A DNA stretch of 64,000 nt from Octopus bimaculoides (taxonomy: Eukaryota). This document shows, piece after piece, positions 26,914 to 40,750 of this stretch; within the stretch, counting starts at the first letter, position 1, and each line of letters opens with the position of its first letter. Position numbers and translations under genes: made by a program. The DNA lies in contig NC_068986.1 in the NCBI RefSeq assembly GCF_001194135.2, forward strand, positions 35,984,979 to 36,048,978, in the 5' to 3' direction. The notes below the pieces were generated by a model, which was given only the letters and a program-made list of their open reading frames with translations, had not been told where the DNA came from and ran no database searches.

Positions 26914-26991
26914 CATACATACAAACAGACATACGTACATACATACATACGTACATACATACATACATACATACGTACATACATACATACA
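26886..26991. repeat. (TACA)n tetranucleotide microsatellite
   Basis: Seen directly; also at 4460-4515. Confidence 0.97.
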
Positions 26992-28446
26992 TATCAGTAA
27001 TGATGTATAATTTAGTCTGAAATAAAATGGCCAGAAAAGACAAGTTTTTCATGATTATATTTTTTTCATGTCTATATTTGTTCAGTCAGGGACGACCATA
27101 GGCTAGCAACCGGTACCTCGTGATACATCTTGAAAAGTGAATATTTCAAGTAGAATGTAACGTCACTGGTTTGTGATTAATTTAACAGTCTAAATTTTTT
27201 CAGTTTAAAGTTTAACAGTCTAAATTTTTTTCTTTAATTTATATCATATGCCAAAATTCAGTATTAGCGTATAATCACTTTACAATCACTCTTATAGCAT
27301 CTCCTATTGACGCTTTTCTCTCATAGATATTGGTCTTCAGAACTTAGCAGACTAAGATCAATAATACTTCTTAGTGCGCCATAAACTTAATCCCAAACAC
27401 ACTTGCTCAAACAGATGCAGACACATGCGCACAACCATACATGTGTGTGCAAGGCCGCAAATTAGCTAGGTCATTACAAAGCTCGCAACATTTGTTTCGT
27501 GTCTGTGTTCAGAGTTCATATAACGAGCGGTAAAATTTATTTCTAGCCCTGACACCTACCAAATAAACCTATTAATTTATCATGCCGTTTATAAATTCTG
27601 GTACAGCTTTTCTGGTACAATTATATATTGGTAAAATAAATTCTGGTACAAGTTGACAGGTTAAAGAAGTGCGTAAATTAGGAGACGATAGGGATTTACA
27701 AGCTGAGCCCGTTGAAAAAAAAAAAAGAAAAACAGAAAATATCAAGATTATGCACTGGAAATATGTTAAAATTTGCAGATTGATAACATTTAAAATTTTA
27801 TTAATTGTGCACAGGAGATGATTCAGCGTTCTTGTCAGTGAATTTAAATAGAGAATAGGGGTCATGGTGCACTGAAAGATAGAGTGGTTACCTCAACCAT
27901 CCGAATTTATAAGTCTTTGTGTAAGAGTGAAAATAAGAGACTTATTCATTTTCATTCAAATAATAAAAACGAACTCTTTGCTTTCTTTCCTGCCTTTCTT
28001 TCTTTCTTAAACTATTTCACCTTGTAGTACAAATATAGATATTTTATCTAGAGACATAAAAGAACTTCAACTATGACGCGTCCAGACTACGGCTGAAATT
28101 TGCATCTGTTTCTTTTATAATGGCGCTGCTTGATAATATATTTGCGATTAGTTCTGCTATTCATAGATGTGTATTAAATATATGGGTCACTGTTTTACTT
28201 GCCAGGATCTTAAAAATAGAAACAATCTCGACTCAAGCAAAACTGAACAGGAAATATAAAAGAAAATTGTTTCATAATCAAAGCAATATCAGGAAACTGA
28301 AGAATATTTGGAAATAAATTTAATAATGTTGCATTTTTCCACATGTTTAACAAACTGATTAATAAGAAACGCCATTACAGTTTCTAAGTTGCTTTCAATT
28401 GTATCAAATATTTAAATATATCATTCATATCATATATACCATTCAT

Positions 28447-28484
<38 letters not shown>

Positions 28485-29106
28485 CAAATAATATGAAAAA
28501 TGTGAAATTAAATAAATAACAGTTTATCTGGATCTAAAACTTCTCAAAAAATGAATAGTATTTGAAAAATATTTCCTAATTTTTATTGATTTAATTATTT
28601 TACGAATTTAATATCAATACAGTCTAATCTACCATTCAATTTTATATCGCCATATACAATTTTTGTGTACTAAATATGACTTAAAAAAAAAACAACTTCT
28701 GAACTGAGTATTTTCATATAATATCGATAGAAATTGTAAGAGCGACAGCGAAAGAAACGAACGTTGAATACAGATGAAAGCCGAAAACAATAATTAAAAA
28801 ACTCTCTTTCGAGAGTTATTTATGACATATGATCAATACAATGATTTCATTTTCAAAGAAAGATGTTAAAAGAAGTATTTAATTTTAGTTACAAAATATA
28901 TAAGAACAAAACAAATCTGGTTTCATAAACAATATGACAAAAATAAATAAGGAAGTTTAGATTCTAGACCATTCTTAGATAAGGAAATCCATATTATTAC
29001 TAGAATTCGTTTTACAAATGGATTTCAACCTAACAAAATTTGTTACGGCAAAATCATTGTTGCTCATTGTTGATTAAACCGCATGTCATATATACATGCA
29101 TACATG

Positions 29107-29138
<32 letters not shown>

Positions 29139-29158
29139 CCTATGTATATACATATTTA

Positions 29159-29254
<96 letters not shown>

Positions 29255-30167
29255 TGTGTGTGTTAAATGCAGACCTAACAAGTTATTTATATGCAGTAGA
29301 AATTTAATTACACCAACCGTTCCGATTTTCACTGAATTACATGTTTTAAATTCATTTTAAATTACTTAAAAAGAATATATTAAAAAAATTGAAATTGAAA
29401 AATTTGCGGGAGATTCTTTAATGAATAGAAAACCAAATTGTGTATTAATCAGTGTTAAAGTACCTTATAATAGAATACATAGTTCTCTACAATATGGTTT
29501 ATGTAGATGATTGGTACAAAAACACAGACATAGTTGTATAAAATTCAATAGATTTTCCCGCATAAATAAGCATATTTTCCAGTATTCAACTAGATTTATT
29601 TATTGTATTTTCCTTTCCATACAGAAGAAATAAAAAAAATGAGTGAATAAATAAATAAGTTAATAAAATGAAAAATATTCATACTGATTCTTAACCAAAG
29701 GAGGAACTTCTCAGTGAGAAGGAATATTTACATTGGTTTTCTCCGTATAGTACTGACATTATTCACTACTTTTTGAGTAAAAGGTTCAAGATCAAATCGA
29801 CTGGTCTATAACTTGAACTTGGAAGACAATACTTCAAGATATTTAGTCGTGTAGCCTAAATCTCTGGCAACTGATCTGCTTAGTTTTCATATATTGAAAA
29901 TAGAATTTGCTTCAGCCTAAGGCCTTTCATATGGGGGAACCTTATTGTACAACAGAATTGTGTACAATATGGTGTACAATTTTCATATATTTTAGGAAAA
30001 GAATGAATCTTCACATCTGGAAAGCTTTCCATGGTATAACACGGTCTGTTTGATTAGGATTGACATGAGTGAAAAAATAACAACGCGTCTTTTAAGTCAC
30101 AAAGATGTTCTCTCAAAAGGAAATCCATTTCTTCGTATTTTTAAAAATTCAGAAACTTAAAGGAGGA

Positions 30168-30212
30168 GGCAAGCTGGCAGAAACGTTAGCACGCCGGACA
30201 AAATACTTAGCG
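30168..30212 (+). mobile_element. Isolated SINE head fragment (third family)
   Basis: ggcaagctggcagaaacgttagcacgccggacaaaatacttagcg matches the reverse complement of 48295-48335. Confidence 0.65.
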
Positions 30213-31774
30213 AGAAACTTGGTTTAAAATGTATACAATGATAAATCGTAGTAAATTTCTGGATTTCTTTGGGTTTTGATGTTAGTAAAGGTCCTATAGT
30301 ATTCTCACGTTTTATAAGACCCAACCTAAAATTGTTGGTGCTATCAGCAAATCTTATGGTTTATATCATGCTATTTTACTTACAATTTTATTATGATTCG
30401 TAATAGCGCGCCGGTATGTTCAACTATCCATCTCACCACATTATAATTGGATGTAGTCTGCAATTTAACATACCCGTATATATGCTTAGGAAGATTGCTT
30501 TTAATCATAATATAATAAAGGCCCTATATTGCCATATACTTCATCACACAGGGCCAACATAAATCACAAGTTAACGAGAATTCAGTTGAGTGAACAATTG
30601 AATGACCATCGTCCGAATCGACGGAGGTTCCATCATCACGTAAACACGCACACGCACACACATACAGAGGCATATATGTGTTTGAGTGTGAACGTGTGTT
30701 TACCTCTCCATATTAAACATAAAAGAAAGCAAAACAATTTTCTGTAAATATGTATGTGTGCCTTTGTGTATCTCAGTGTGTGTATGTCTATGTGTAAGAG
30801 TATCTGCGTAAACGAATTTGTCTGAGTTGCATATTTTCATCCTGCAATGAAACCTGACTGTAATAAGACTAAAAGAAACATCACAACAAATGTATTCAAT
30901 TGCACTCAGTATGTTGCAATTATCAAAATATACACCGACGTCACGCTTCAGGGAGTTTGATTATCGGAAATTATGTGCTATATCTACTAATCGATACTTA
31001 GATAAGGAAGAATATGTTATTTTACATTTTTTTAAATATATANNNNNNNNNNNNNNNNNNNNNNNNNNNNNNNNNNNNNNNNNNNNNNNNNNNNNNNNNN
31101 NNNNNNNNNNNNNNNNNNNNNNNNNNNNNNNNNNNNNNNNNNNNNNNNNNNNNNNNNNNNNNNNNNNNNNNNNNNNNNNNNNNNNNNNNNNNNNNNNNNN
31201 NNNNNNNNNNNNNNNNNNNNNNNNNNNNNNNNNNNNNNNNNNNNNNNNNNNNNNNNNNNNNNNNNNNNNNNNNNNNNNNNNNNNNNNNNNNNNNNNNNNN
31301 NNNNNNNNNNNNNNNNNNNNNNNNNNNNNNNNNNNNNNNNNNNNNNNNNNNNNNNNNNNNNNNNNNNNNNNNNNNNNNNNNNNNNNNNNNNNNNNNNNNN
31401 NNNNNNNNNNNNNNNNNNNNNNNNNNNNNNNNNNNNNNNNNNNNNNNNNNNNNNNNNNNNNNNNNNNNNNNNNNNNNNNNNNNNNNNNNNNNNNNNNNNN
31501 NNNNNNNNNNNNNNNNNNNNNNNNNNNNNTATATATATATATATATCCCATTCTATTTACAGTTATAAATAAACATATATAATACATGTCTATATTATAC
31601 ATTTTATATACTGCCCATTTATGGATGATTACAATCTCAGTAAACTTGTGCTTTTGAACTCAATATTTAGTTAATAGTTACCAGGAATGTGTGTTATATG
31701 TAAATTTGTCTATTCATTACTGTTACACCGTTAATCTTAGTGGATATTTAAGAATGCGCCTGTGGATAAGTGAT

Positions 31775-31890
31775 GGATTCTCCCGCCGGAGCCTCGTGGA
31801 GCTTTTTGGATGGTTTCGCCCAATAAACACTCACAACGCCCGGTCTGGGAATCGAAACCGCAATCCACTGGGCCATTGCGCCTGCACAGG
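31775..31890 (-). mobile_element. Partial copy of the 5222-5462 SINE family, with an internal deletion
   Basis: Shares gccggagcctcgtggag, caataaacac, caacgcccggt, tcgaaaccgc and ccactgggccattgcgcct with 5335-5460. Confidence 0.8.
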
Positions 31891-32369
31891 CGTATTCATA
31901 TACGAAACATAACGTTCAGCGCTAGCTCAGAATGCTATCGAAAATTGAATGTTGTCTCCTGGAGAGTCGGTTGTTGTGCCGCTACTGGATGTATGTTACC
32001 GAGGAGGCTCAAAGCGAAGGACGAACTCAGGTGATCTGGCAGTTCCGATGGCAAACAATATAAATTTGAGTGCTTTGTTTCGCTCCCTGAGTCCAGGGGA
32101 CTGTCTCACTAATCCTCAATTTCCATGATGTTGAGAACATGAAATAAATCTGAATTGAGTAAGATATCTGAAGAGTGGATAAGTCGTTTACTCTGACTGC
32201 AACAGGTCAGCGGATTATCTGTAAACTGCACAACGACGTTGCTGTATAGAGCATCATCTGACAGCTTATGGCATATAGGTGCAAAGCCTTCTGAATCATA
32301 AGAATACTGATCATAATAAGATTGTTGTAATAAGGAGAGGATAATAATCCTGAATCACATTAAACTTAC

Positions 32370-32421
32370 CATACTGACTCGGTCAAAACCGATGTCTAAC
32401 ATAACTTGATTTCGTGAGGTT
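32370..32421 (-). CDS. Candidate 52-nt exon containing MLDIGFDRVSM, ending at phase 0
   Basis: Acceptor gaattctgttcag, donor ATG|gtaagt. The frame a-ACC-TCA-CGA-AAT-CAA-GTT-ATG-TTA-GAC-ATC-GGT-TTT-GAC-CGA-GTC-AGT-ATG is open across the exon. Confidence 0.45.
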
Positions 32422-33272
32422 CTGAACAGAATTCAATGATAGAAATTGTATTTACAATAAAAATAATATATTATATTCATATACTCTCTGATTTTAATTC
32501 ATAAAGTCGGTGGTTTAATCTGAAACAGTCTCACGCAATAGCGCAGAGTAGATCTCTCTCTCTCTCTCTCTACGAAACGTATGTCAGGCATATGATTTTG
32601 GGTCGTTCATGACAGTAAATTACTTTCACTTTATTGACAGCCGGGTCAAGAATACTATGGGGTTCATTGCTCTTGTTAATTATACACCTGTCCAAAATAA
32701 ATAGCATAAAGGAAGTATTGGTACACAACAATGAGTATCTCAGTTGTAGTTGTACCTTAACATAAGTAGGAAACATAAGAGGCAAACAATACTATATACA
32801 GATTTTAGCATAAAATGACGGGTTATATTTACATACATATTTGTTTCATTTGATCTTGAATTATTTCAAACGGTTGAATGTTTCGCACACATATTTCCAC
32901 TTGATACTAAGGGTTTAAAACACCGATTAATATATGAACTACTAACAACTCCAGTTCAAAACATAGATATATAATCTAAGTAATACAATTCTATGTATAA
33001 CACATACGTAATGACTAATATGTTCAGTACAATAGTTTTTAAGTCGTCTATTTTCGTGTCAAATTTGACATTGGTTATTGGGATTACTTCCGATTTTGTC
33101 AGTATGTAAATTTCGTTATGCTTCTAAACACAATATGTATAAATAAATGGCAACATATGTGCATACGTACAACCATACATATAATATAAATATACGTGTA
33201 TATACGAACATATTTACGCATATACACATATACAACTTTATATATAAATATGCCAAATGAGATAGACATACA

Positions 33273-33350
<78 letters not shown>

Positions 33351-34288
33351 TACTTAGTTGAGTAGATTATGTTGAAACAATACATATCCAATCATGCTGA
33401 TAGTTTTGATTTTCAGGCTAAATACGACTCCTAAACATAATTACACAATCATGGAAACGTAGCAAGTCATACCCTGAAATCTATTCATACTTTTTTGCAC
33501 AAAAATATTACAGATTTTATGCTCCATTTCGTTTAACATATCAATACTGAATGCCCGAAATGCAACAATACATTAATTGAACAAGAGGATATTATACATT
33601 ATTAAATACTTGTAGTATATGAAAAACATTCAACCGAACATGGTTGCGTTGTTATTTATTTCGATGGAATACGGAATGGAGTCTCGGGAAGTCTAACATT
33701 ATTATCTTTGTTGCGGTTATTGTGCAATCCGATAGCTGATGACAGCTAAGCAAATTAGGATGTGCAACTGCTTTAAGTCTTTCTTAATCCCACCCTCTCT
33801 CTCTCTCTTTCTCTCTCTCTCTCTTTCTTTCTCTCTCTTTCTCTCTTTCACGCAAGAAATGGCACACAAGCTGTCACACTCCTACGCGCTCTCTCTCACT
33901 CATGCACCATTATTTCTATGTTATTTGCAAACATTTGCACATTCTCTCTCTTTTATTTACACACCGCACTAACTGTCATATCTATATTTTATTTATTATA
34001 TTTATTTTCTTTTTCTTTCTGTTCTTTCTTCCCGTCCTAAATATTTCTCCGTTCATTTCTATGCCCCTCACATACTGTGCCGTCTACACGTTCTGTTTGA
34101 ATCTTTGCATCAACATATACCTACTTACGACAATGTAACCTTTAATCTTATCAAGATACCCTTAGCCTGAAGAGTAACCGGCGGTATTCACCTCATTTGG
34201 ATTTTACCACTTCTGACGTTCCACTCGCTATGAAACATATGTAGCCCGGATTCCCCATACTCCGTTCCGTAACTCTCTATATACATAC

Positions 34289-34326
<38 letters not shown>

Positions 34327-36796
34327 GTATATATATAATATATATGTTTGTGTGTGCGTATATGTACACACATACACACTTTCCTTTTCATAAGTGGACA
34401 CAAAAAATCTCTATCATTACCCCCAACAAAAATATACAAAAATACACATTCTTTCATCTACTGATCTAGACACACGTGCGTGACTGTCTGTTTCTGTCTC
34501 ACCGTATGTCTCCTTGTCCCTCCATCGTTCTTTTGTAGTACTTTTCCGTCATTTACCTATAGTGGAAGCTGCTTATTATAACCATGAAATGAACAATGGT
34601 ATGAAACTTATTTTTATCAATATTAATTATAACGAAGTTCAGGATATTGTTATAAACACTGCCTATTATGATCAGCGGATTATTGTTATTTAAAATAACT
34701 CCATTTTAAAATAATTGTAATAAGCGGCTTGCTCGGCGTTTACATTAGTTATTACTGACATTACATTAGTGCATCGTCATCCTTATCTGACAGATTTACG
34801 CAAACATTTAACAGCTCCACAGATTTTATACTTTCATAATTTTGGGGCCTGTAAGGATGGCGTGGTTGTAAGTACATCACACGCAAATTAATTATATATG
34901 TATACAGGCGGTGCCTCATCATGTCCGCAGTCCAATGATTGAAACAAGATAAAAGATATATGATATGCACATTTATATTAAACATGTCCCTCAACACTAG
35001 AAAATAATTTGCATTCGCCACGAGAGTTTGCCTCAATAAACAAATCTCTCTACATAGACGGTGTGTTGAAAACATGAAGCACCAAGCAACGTCCGTTGAC
35101 TCTCAGACTTCGGTATTTCGGATTTTGCCTGCTCTATGAAAGACAGCGCTTCAACTGTTTGAAGTTAGGCAAAAACTCATGTTCTTTTATTGTTTTGTGT
35201 TGAATCCTGTGAAACTGAAATTAATTCAATTTATGCCTAATAAGCAGCTTAGTAGATGTTTACATATAAAATCTACAAGGGTTAATTTGTTGCCCGATTC
35301 AAAATTCCACCACGAATTCGATTCAATTTCGAATGTTGAGGAACTTCTTAAATGTTTTCAAGGTTTTCATCGTCCTCGTTTTGTATGCTTACTCTCAATA
35401 CCGTTCAGTAATCGGGGTGCATTCAAAGCAATGATTAGTAACTTTACGAAACCGGTATGCTTTTGAATCTCTTTATCAATTCACAATAATGGCTTTTATT
35501 ACTTTTATTCCTACTTCAGTTCATCTAACTGTATATATCTATCGTTACTTTTCATAAAAAGCCTTTACTTTTTTTGATTTTCAATGTGCATTTTCGCTTA
35601 TTTTTCTTCTTACTTTCCCCCTTACATTTTCACGTATAGTTTTAATTTCATTTTATTTTTGTAACATATTTCTATTATACATACATACATACATACATAT
35701 ATATATAAGCAATAATAAATCTCTGAGCGATGTATATATATATATATATATNNNNNNNNNNNNNNNNNNNNNNNNNNNNNNNNNNNNNNNNNNNNNNNNN
35801 NNNNNNNNNNNNNNNNNNNNNNNNNNNNNNNNNNNNNNNNNNNNNNNNNNNNNNNNNNNNNNNNNNNNNNNNNNNNNNNNNNNNNNNNNNNNNNNNNNNN
35901 NNNNNNNNNNNNNNNNNNNNNNNNNNNNATTTTGTGATAGTGAAAACTTAATATTTATTAACTTATTAACAACTCACACCATCCGTGTTTAGTTCATATA
36001 ACTTGTCTTATTTTCATTCCAAGTGTTGATAGATACTGCCGTCACTGAATCGTCATAATTCATTCAGTATTAAAATAAAAAGTTTTAGACAAGTGTTACG
36101 TGTGCAGTAATTTGCACATTAGTTTTTAGAAAGAAGTAAAACAAAAGTAACTTCCAGTATCCTCAAAATTCCTGCACTCCAGGAATCTAACTTTGGGCTA
36201 ATCTCGTTGTTAAAGCGATAAAAATATTTACTCACAGCAGCTGTAACTGACTTTTAGAAAGAATTTCACCTGCTGAGACAGAATGAACCTGTGTGTATGC
36301 AACATAAATCCAATGACTAGCTGGCCACTCTGCTTTGGTAGTATGTACACAGACTAAAAATATCTGGCATTGTTTGCTCGCCAATAATCTGAATTTCGTT
36401 TCCTCTTCAATCAATTTTCGCAAACACAGCATGCGTCTTTGAAATCGTGGTTGACAGTTTACAAAAGATATTGGATGGAATACCTTCTCTACTGCTTCAT
36501 TGTAATTTTATCTTTCTATGATATTAATGCTATTTTGTTAACTAAATACATGGAATATAGTATAATGTCAAGAACAATACATTAACATCCCTATCTGAAA
36601 AGCAGATGTGTCAATTGGAAAATACAAGAGAATAATAGACAAGTCATGATGTTGGGTGACATGCTAAAAGTAAGCTTTTCATTGATAACTGGATTTAATG
36701 AAGGTCTATTGTAAATGATGTATATATATTATGATTGACCGTTGACTGAACACTATTCAATTTTTTTTCTCCGTGTTTTTCTCCTTGTCTCCGTAT

Positions 36797-36833
36797 TCTT
36801 TCTGTTGAAGAGCGTAGCTCGAAACGTCAAAGA
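36797..36833 (+). ncRNA. Minimal hammerhead-like motif with variant core (CUGUUGA)
   Basis: UCUUU-CUGUUGA-A-GAG-CGUAG-CUC-GAAAC-GUC-AAAGA: perfect 5-bp stem I, 3-bp stem II, palindromic ACGU stem III, GUC triplet. The conserved A6 is replaced by U. Confidence 0.55.
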
Positions 36834-38617
36834 CTTTCCGTATTCCCGAGCGTCATACTAATATATACTTTTGTTATTTACACCACCTTGTCCTCGTCTG
36901 TTGTTATTATTTGTATATTCTCCCATATNNNNNNNNNNNNNNNNNNNNNNNNNNNNNNNNNNNNNNNNNNNNNNNNNNNNNNNNNNNNNNNNNNNNNNNN
37001 NNNNNNNNNNNNNNNNNNNNNNNNNNNNNNNNNNNNNNNNNNNNNNNNNNNNNNNNNNNNNNNNNNNNNNNNNNNNNNNNNNNNNNNNNNNNNNNNNNNN
37101 NNNNNNNNNNNNNNNNNNNNNNNNNNNNNNNNNNNNNNNNNNNNNNNNNNNNNNNNNNNNNNNNNNNNNNNNNNNNNNNNNNNNNNNNNNNNNNNNNNNN
37201 NNNNNNNNNNNNNNNNNNNNNNNNNNNNNNNNNNNNNNNNNNNNNNNNNNNNNNNNNNNNNNNNNNNNNNNNNNNNNNNNNNNNTATATATGTTAGACAA
37301 TCCAAAATTTCTAAATAATAAGGCCTATCCTACAATGAGTACTAGATTAACTAAAATCGACTCTGGCGATGTGAAATATGCAGTACGTTACGAAATATTG
37401 CCAAATAACACCAAACACATACGGAGCAGGGGAAATTGAATACAATTTATGTATTTCAGTGATGTATGTAGATTTCTAACGGTTTCTAAAAGGTAGCAGT
37501 TTGAATACCATTCCTTTATTCAAGTTATAAACATTGATTCTAACGAAGTACTATAATTAATTTCATTCCAATATCTTGGGAACAGTTAGTATGGACAATA
37601 TCATATGCGTATTGAATGGTTTAGATAACACCTGCGTTTAATTATTACCAGTGTTATATAATCATTAGCATTTTAATGTCAGTTATGTAATATACTTTAA
37701 CAAGTTCTCCGAACTACGACAATTGACTAAAGGAATGATAATAAGAATTTATCCACTTATTTATCCACTTACTTATCACTTACTTATGTCGCTTTAGGAG
37801 ACATTTGATTATTGTCTAAATACGTACTTAGGTAACTCATCTAAATATTCATAGCTAAGATTTATTTATTCATTTATTTCTCCTCTCTGAAAGGGGCTTT
37901 TACATTTTATGTATGAAAATCTTTAAATGTGTGATTAGGTAACATATCGTTAGATATTTCTTCTTAATGATTGAGAAATTTAACTTCATTTAAGCAGCAG
38001 CGTAGAACAGCTGTTTCTAAAGTGATGGGGATGCTGGGCAAACAACTGAACATTTCATAACTAACGTTCTGGACCTAGCAATGTGGAATGTATTTAGTGT
38101 ACAAATCTAATAATTTCTCATGCCACATGACGTAAAGAAAAAGCTCCATTTAGTGTTACGGTTTATTGGTTTAGGAAGCACTTCTACAGCATAATTGGTA
38201 TATTTTGTTGAAGTAATAAATGCTATTTTTACACTGAGTGCAGCGTGAGGAGGCCTTACTAAACCAGATGAGCTAATCACCCAATGGAGAAGGCATCTGG
38301 TAAATTGAAGCAACGAAAGTCGAAATAAATATGATATATATGAATAATGGATGGTCTGATCAATCGATTGATTGAGGGATTTACAAAACACGAAAATTAG
38401 ATAAACATGAAATCCTACTTAAATTTCTGTTCGTAAAAGTTTTATCGATGCTTTTAATTGAAAATATATTCTATAACTATTTAGATTCTATAACTATTTA
38501 GATGCTGTGTATTAATTACACGTTTTGACGGAACAGACGCTAAATTGTTAACTTTCTTTCTCAAACTAAAAAGAGGCCCAGTTAATAGTGTTTAAAATAA
38601 TAACATAAATAATATTG

Positions 38618-38674
<57 letters not shown>

Positions 38675-38859
38675 TTAATAATAATAATAATAATAAACGC
38701 ATTTCACTGTTATCTTAACATCACACTATCATTTTATAATTAATACCATTTACTGTCATCTTAACATTACACTATCATCTTATAATGAAATTATTTTTGA
38801 AATAAACTTTTAATTTACTTATGTTTTGACAGACAGTCTCTAGAACAATACCCTGTGCA

Positions 38860-39011
38860 AAAACCAAACATATGACACCCTAGTCATAATGCCAACTTGA
38901 ACATCTAACGTGTCTATGAGGTCTCTGGGTTAAACTTGGAGTCAACTTGTGCAAACACAAATCAAGAGCCGAACATATAATGATAATAATAATAATAATA
39001 ATAATAATAAT

Positions 39012-39064
<53 letters not shown>

Positions 39065-39115
39065 TGATGATGATGATGATGCTAATAATAATAATAACAA
39101 CAATAATAATTATAA
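38860..39115 (+). mobile_element. Probable LINE 3' UTR with (TAA)n/(GAT)n tail
   Basis: gaggtctctgggttaaacttggagtcaacttgtgcaaacacaaatcaagagcc runs directly into a long (TAA)n tract, a typical 3' architecture. No coding motif retained. Confidence 0.45.
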
Positions 39116-40284
39116 TAAATGGTAATGGTTCAAAATCGATTGATAGAAATGTAAAATAGAACATGTACAAAAATCATCGTTTAATGGGAAAGCAAGATTT
39201 CTCCGCGGGGTTCTTGAATCATGATCAGTAAACAAGTGTCACCTTTGTCTGATGGCCGTGGGAAGCTGACACTTTCCATCTTACCCAGCGAAATAATAAA
39301 TAAATAAATAAATAAATAAAAGAATACTTCATTACCGTTTTCAAATTTAAGTCTGAAACTTTTAATATTTTCCCTACACATTAAATTTAGCAGTTATATT
39401 GCTACAGGGTGTAGCTAATTCTCTGCAGTAGGTCATAAGTACAACCCATGTTCTCAATCCATTTTAGATTCTTGACAGAAGTAAATAAAAGCTACATCAA
39501 GATTTAAATGACTTTCGTAAGATAAATTCTGATTAACAAGTCACACCAAGATAAGGTACATACTAAGCACTAGTTGAGTATTGGGATTAATGTAATCGAC
39601 TTTCCCTCTCACTCCAAATTGCTGGTGTTGTACTAACATTTGAAAGCGATATAAGATACATACCTTTAATAAAAATAATATACACATCGCAATTGTATGA
39701 TATTTTCGAAAAATTCGAAGCATTGTGAATGCATTTTGAATCACGAGAGACGAAAAACGAAGCAAGCTATCAAATAAGGCATATTTTATCTATTTTGTTT
39801 TAGTAGTTACCGAATTGTATGTGCAGGCTTTAATTCAAGCTGATAGGTTTGGGTTTCCACTATGTCAACATCGAATCATAAAACCGATTTTTTTTATTGA
39901 TCGCAATTCAAAAAGTAATTTTGAAATTTAAAACTATTTGTTGTCTATTTGTTTCTACAATAAAATAAAAGAAATATCTTCACTTAGAAAAAAAATATAC
40001 AATTGTTATTATCAAAGCTAACATTTATTTAGTGTTAATTATTGCGATGACAGTAAACATTAAAAAAATTATGGAAAAAACAACAATAAAGCTATCTACC
40101 CCAAACGAATCGCTGTATATATATAGCAAGGGACTGGACCAGCTACTCTGAAATTCCAGAGCCATGCTTGCCAACTAGGAGGACCGGAAGGTACAAGTTT
40201 AACGAATGGCATAGGAACGTAGACGAATACAGGTGTAATGAGCTGACATTTATCCATCATCTGTTATTATACATTTGCTTATAT

Positions 40285-40750
40285 ATATATATATTACAGG
40301 ACCTCACCATCACCAACTGTAAACTGCATGAAATACGAGAGAGAAAAATATTGAAACCAGGACAAGTAACATAGAGAACACTCTTTCATCAGTTGTGACT
40401 CTTCATTTCGAGCAATCAGCGACAATATGAGTCTTCGAAGACACTTGCTCCCATGACTTCCAAAATAAATTCTGGAGTTTATGGAGGGTCAAAGTTGGGA
40501 ACAAAAATAGGGCGGCGGAGACATACTAAGAAACCGAACGAAAACAAACATGGAAAGTCGTTAGACCAGAACGAGGGAAAAGGTAGTGAACGCTGGAAGA
40601 AATATTTTCTTTGAAAAGAGTAAAGATAAAAGAGAGAGATAGAAGACTCCAGTCCTTAGAACGTCCTTGACCGGTATTTCAAGTTTCGCCTGTCCGCTTG
40701 TTCATGCAGTTTGGGATTACCCGGTATAGATCTACACCTTCAGTAAATGC
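40285..40750. mobile_element. Probable Penelope-like terminal fragment
   Basis: Begins right after a (TA)n tract (tatatattacaggacctcacc), has a purine-rich body (gagggtcaaagttgggaac...agagagagatagaagac) and a CTGATGA-like motif on the minus strand near 40380-40395. Confidence 0.35.
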
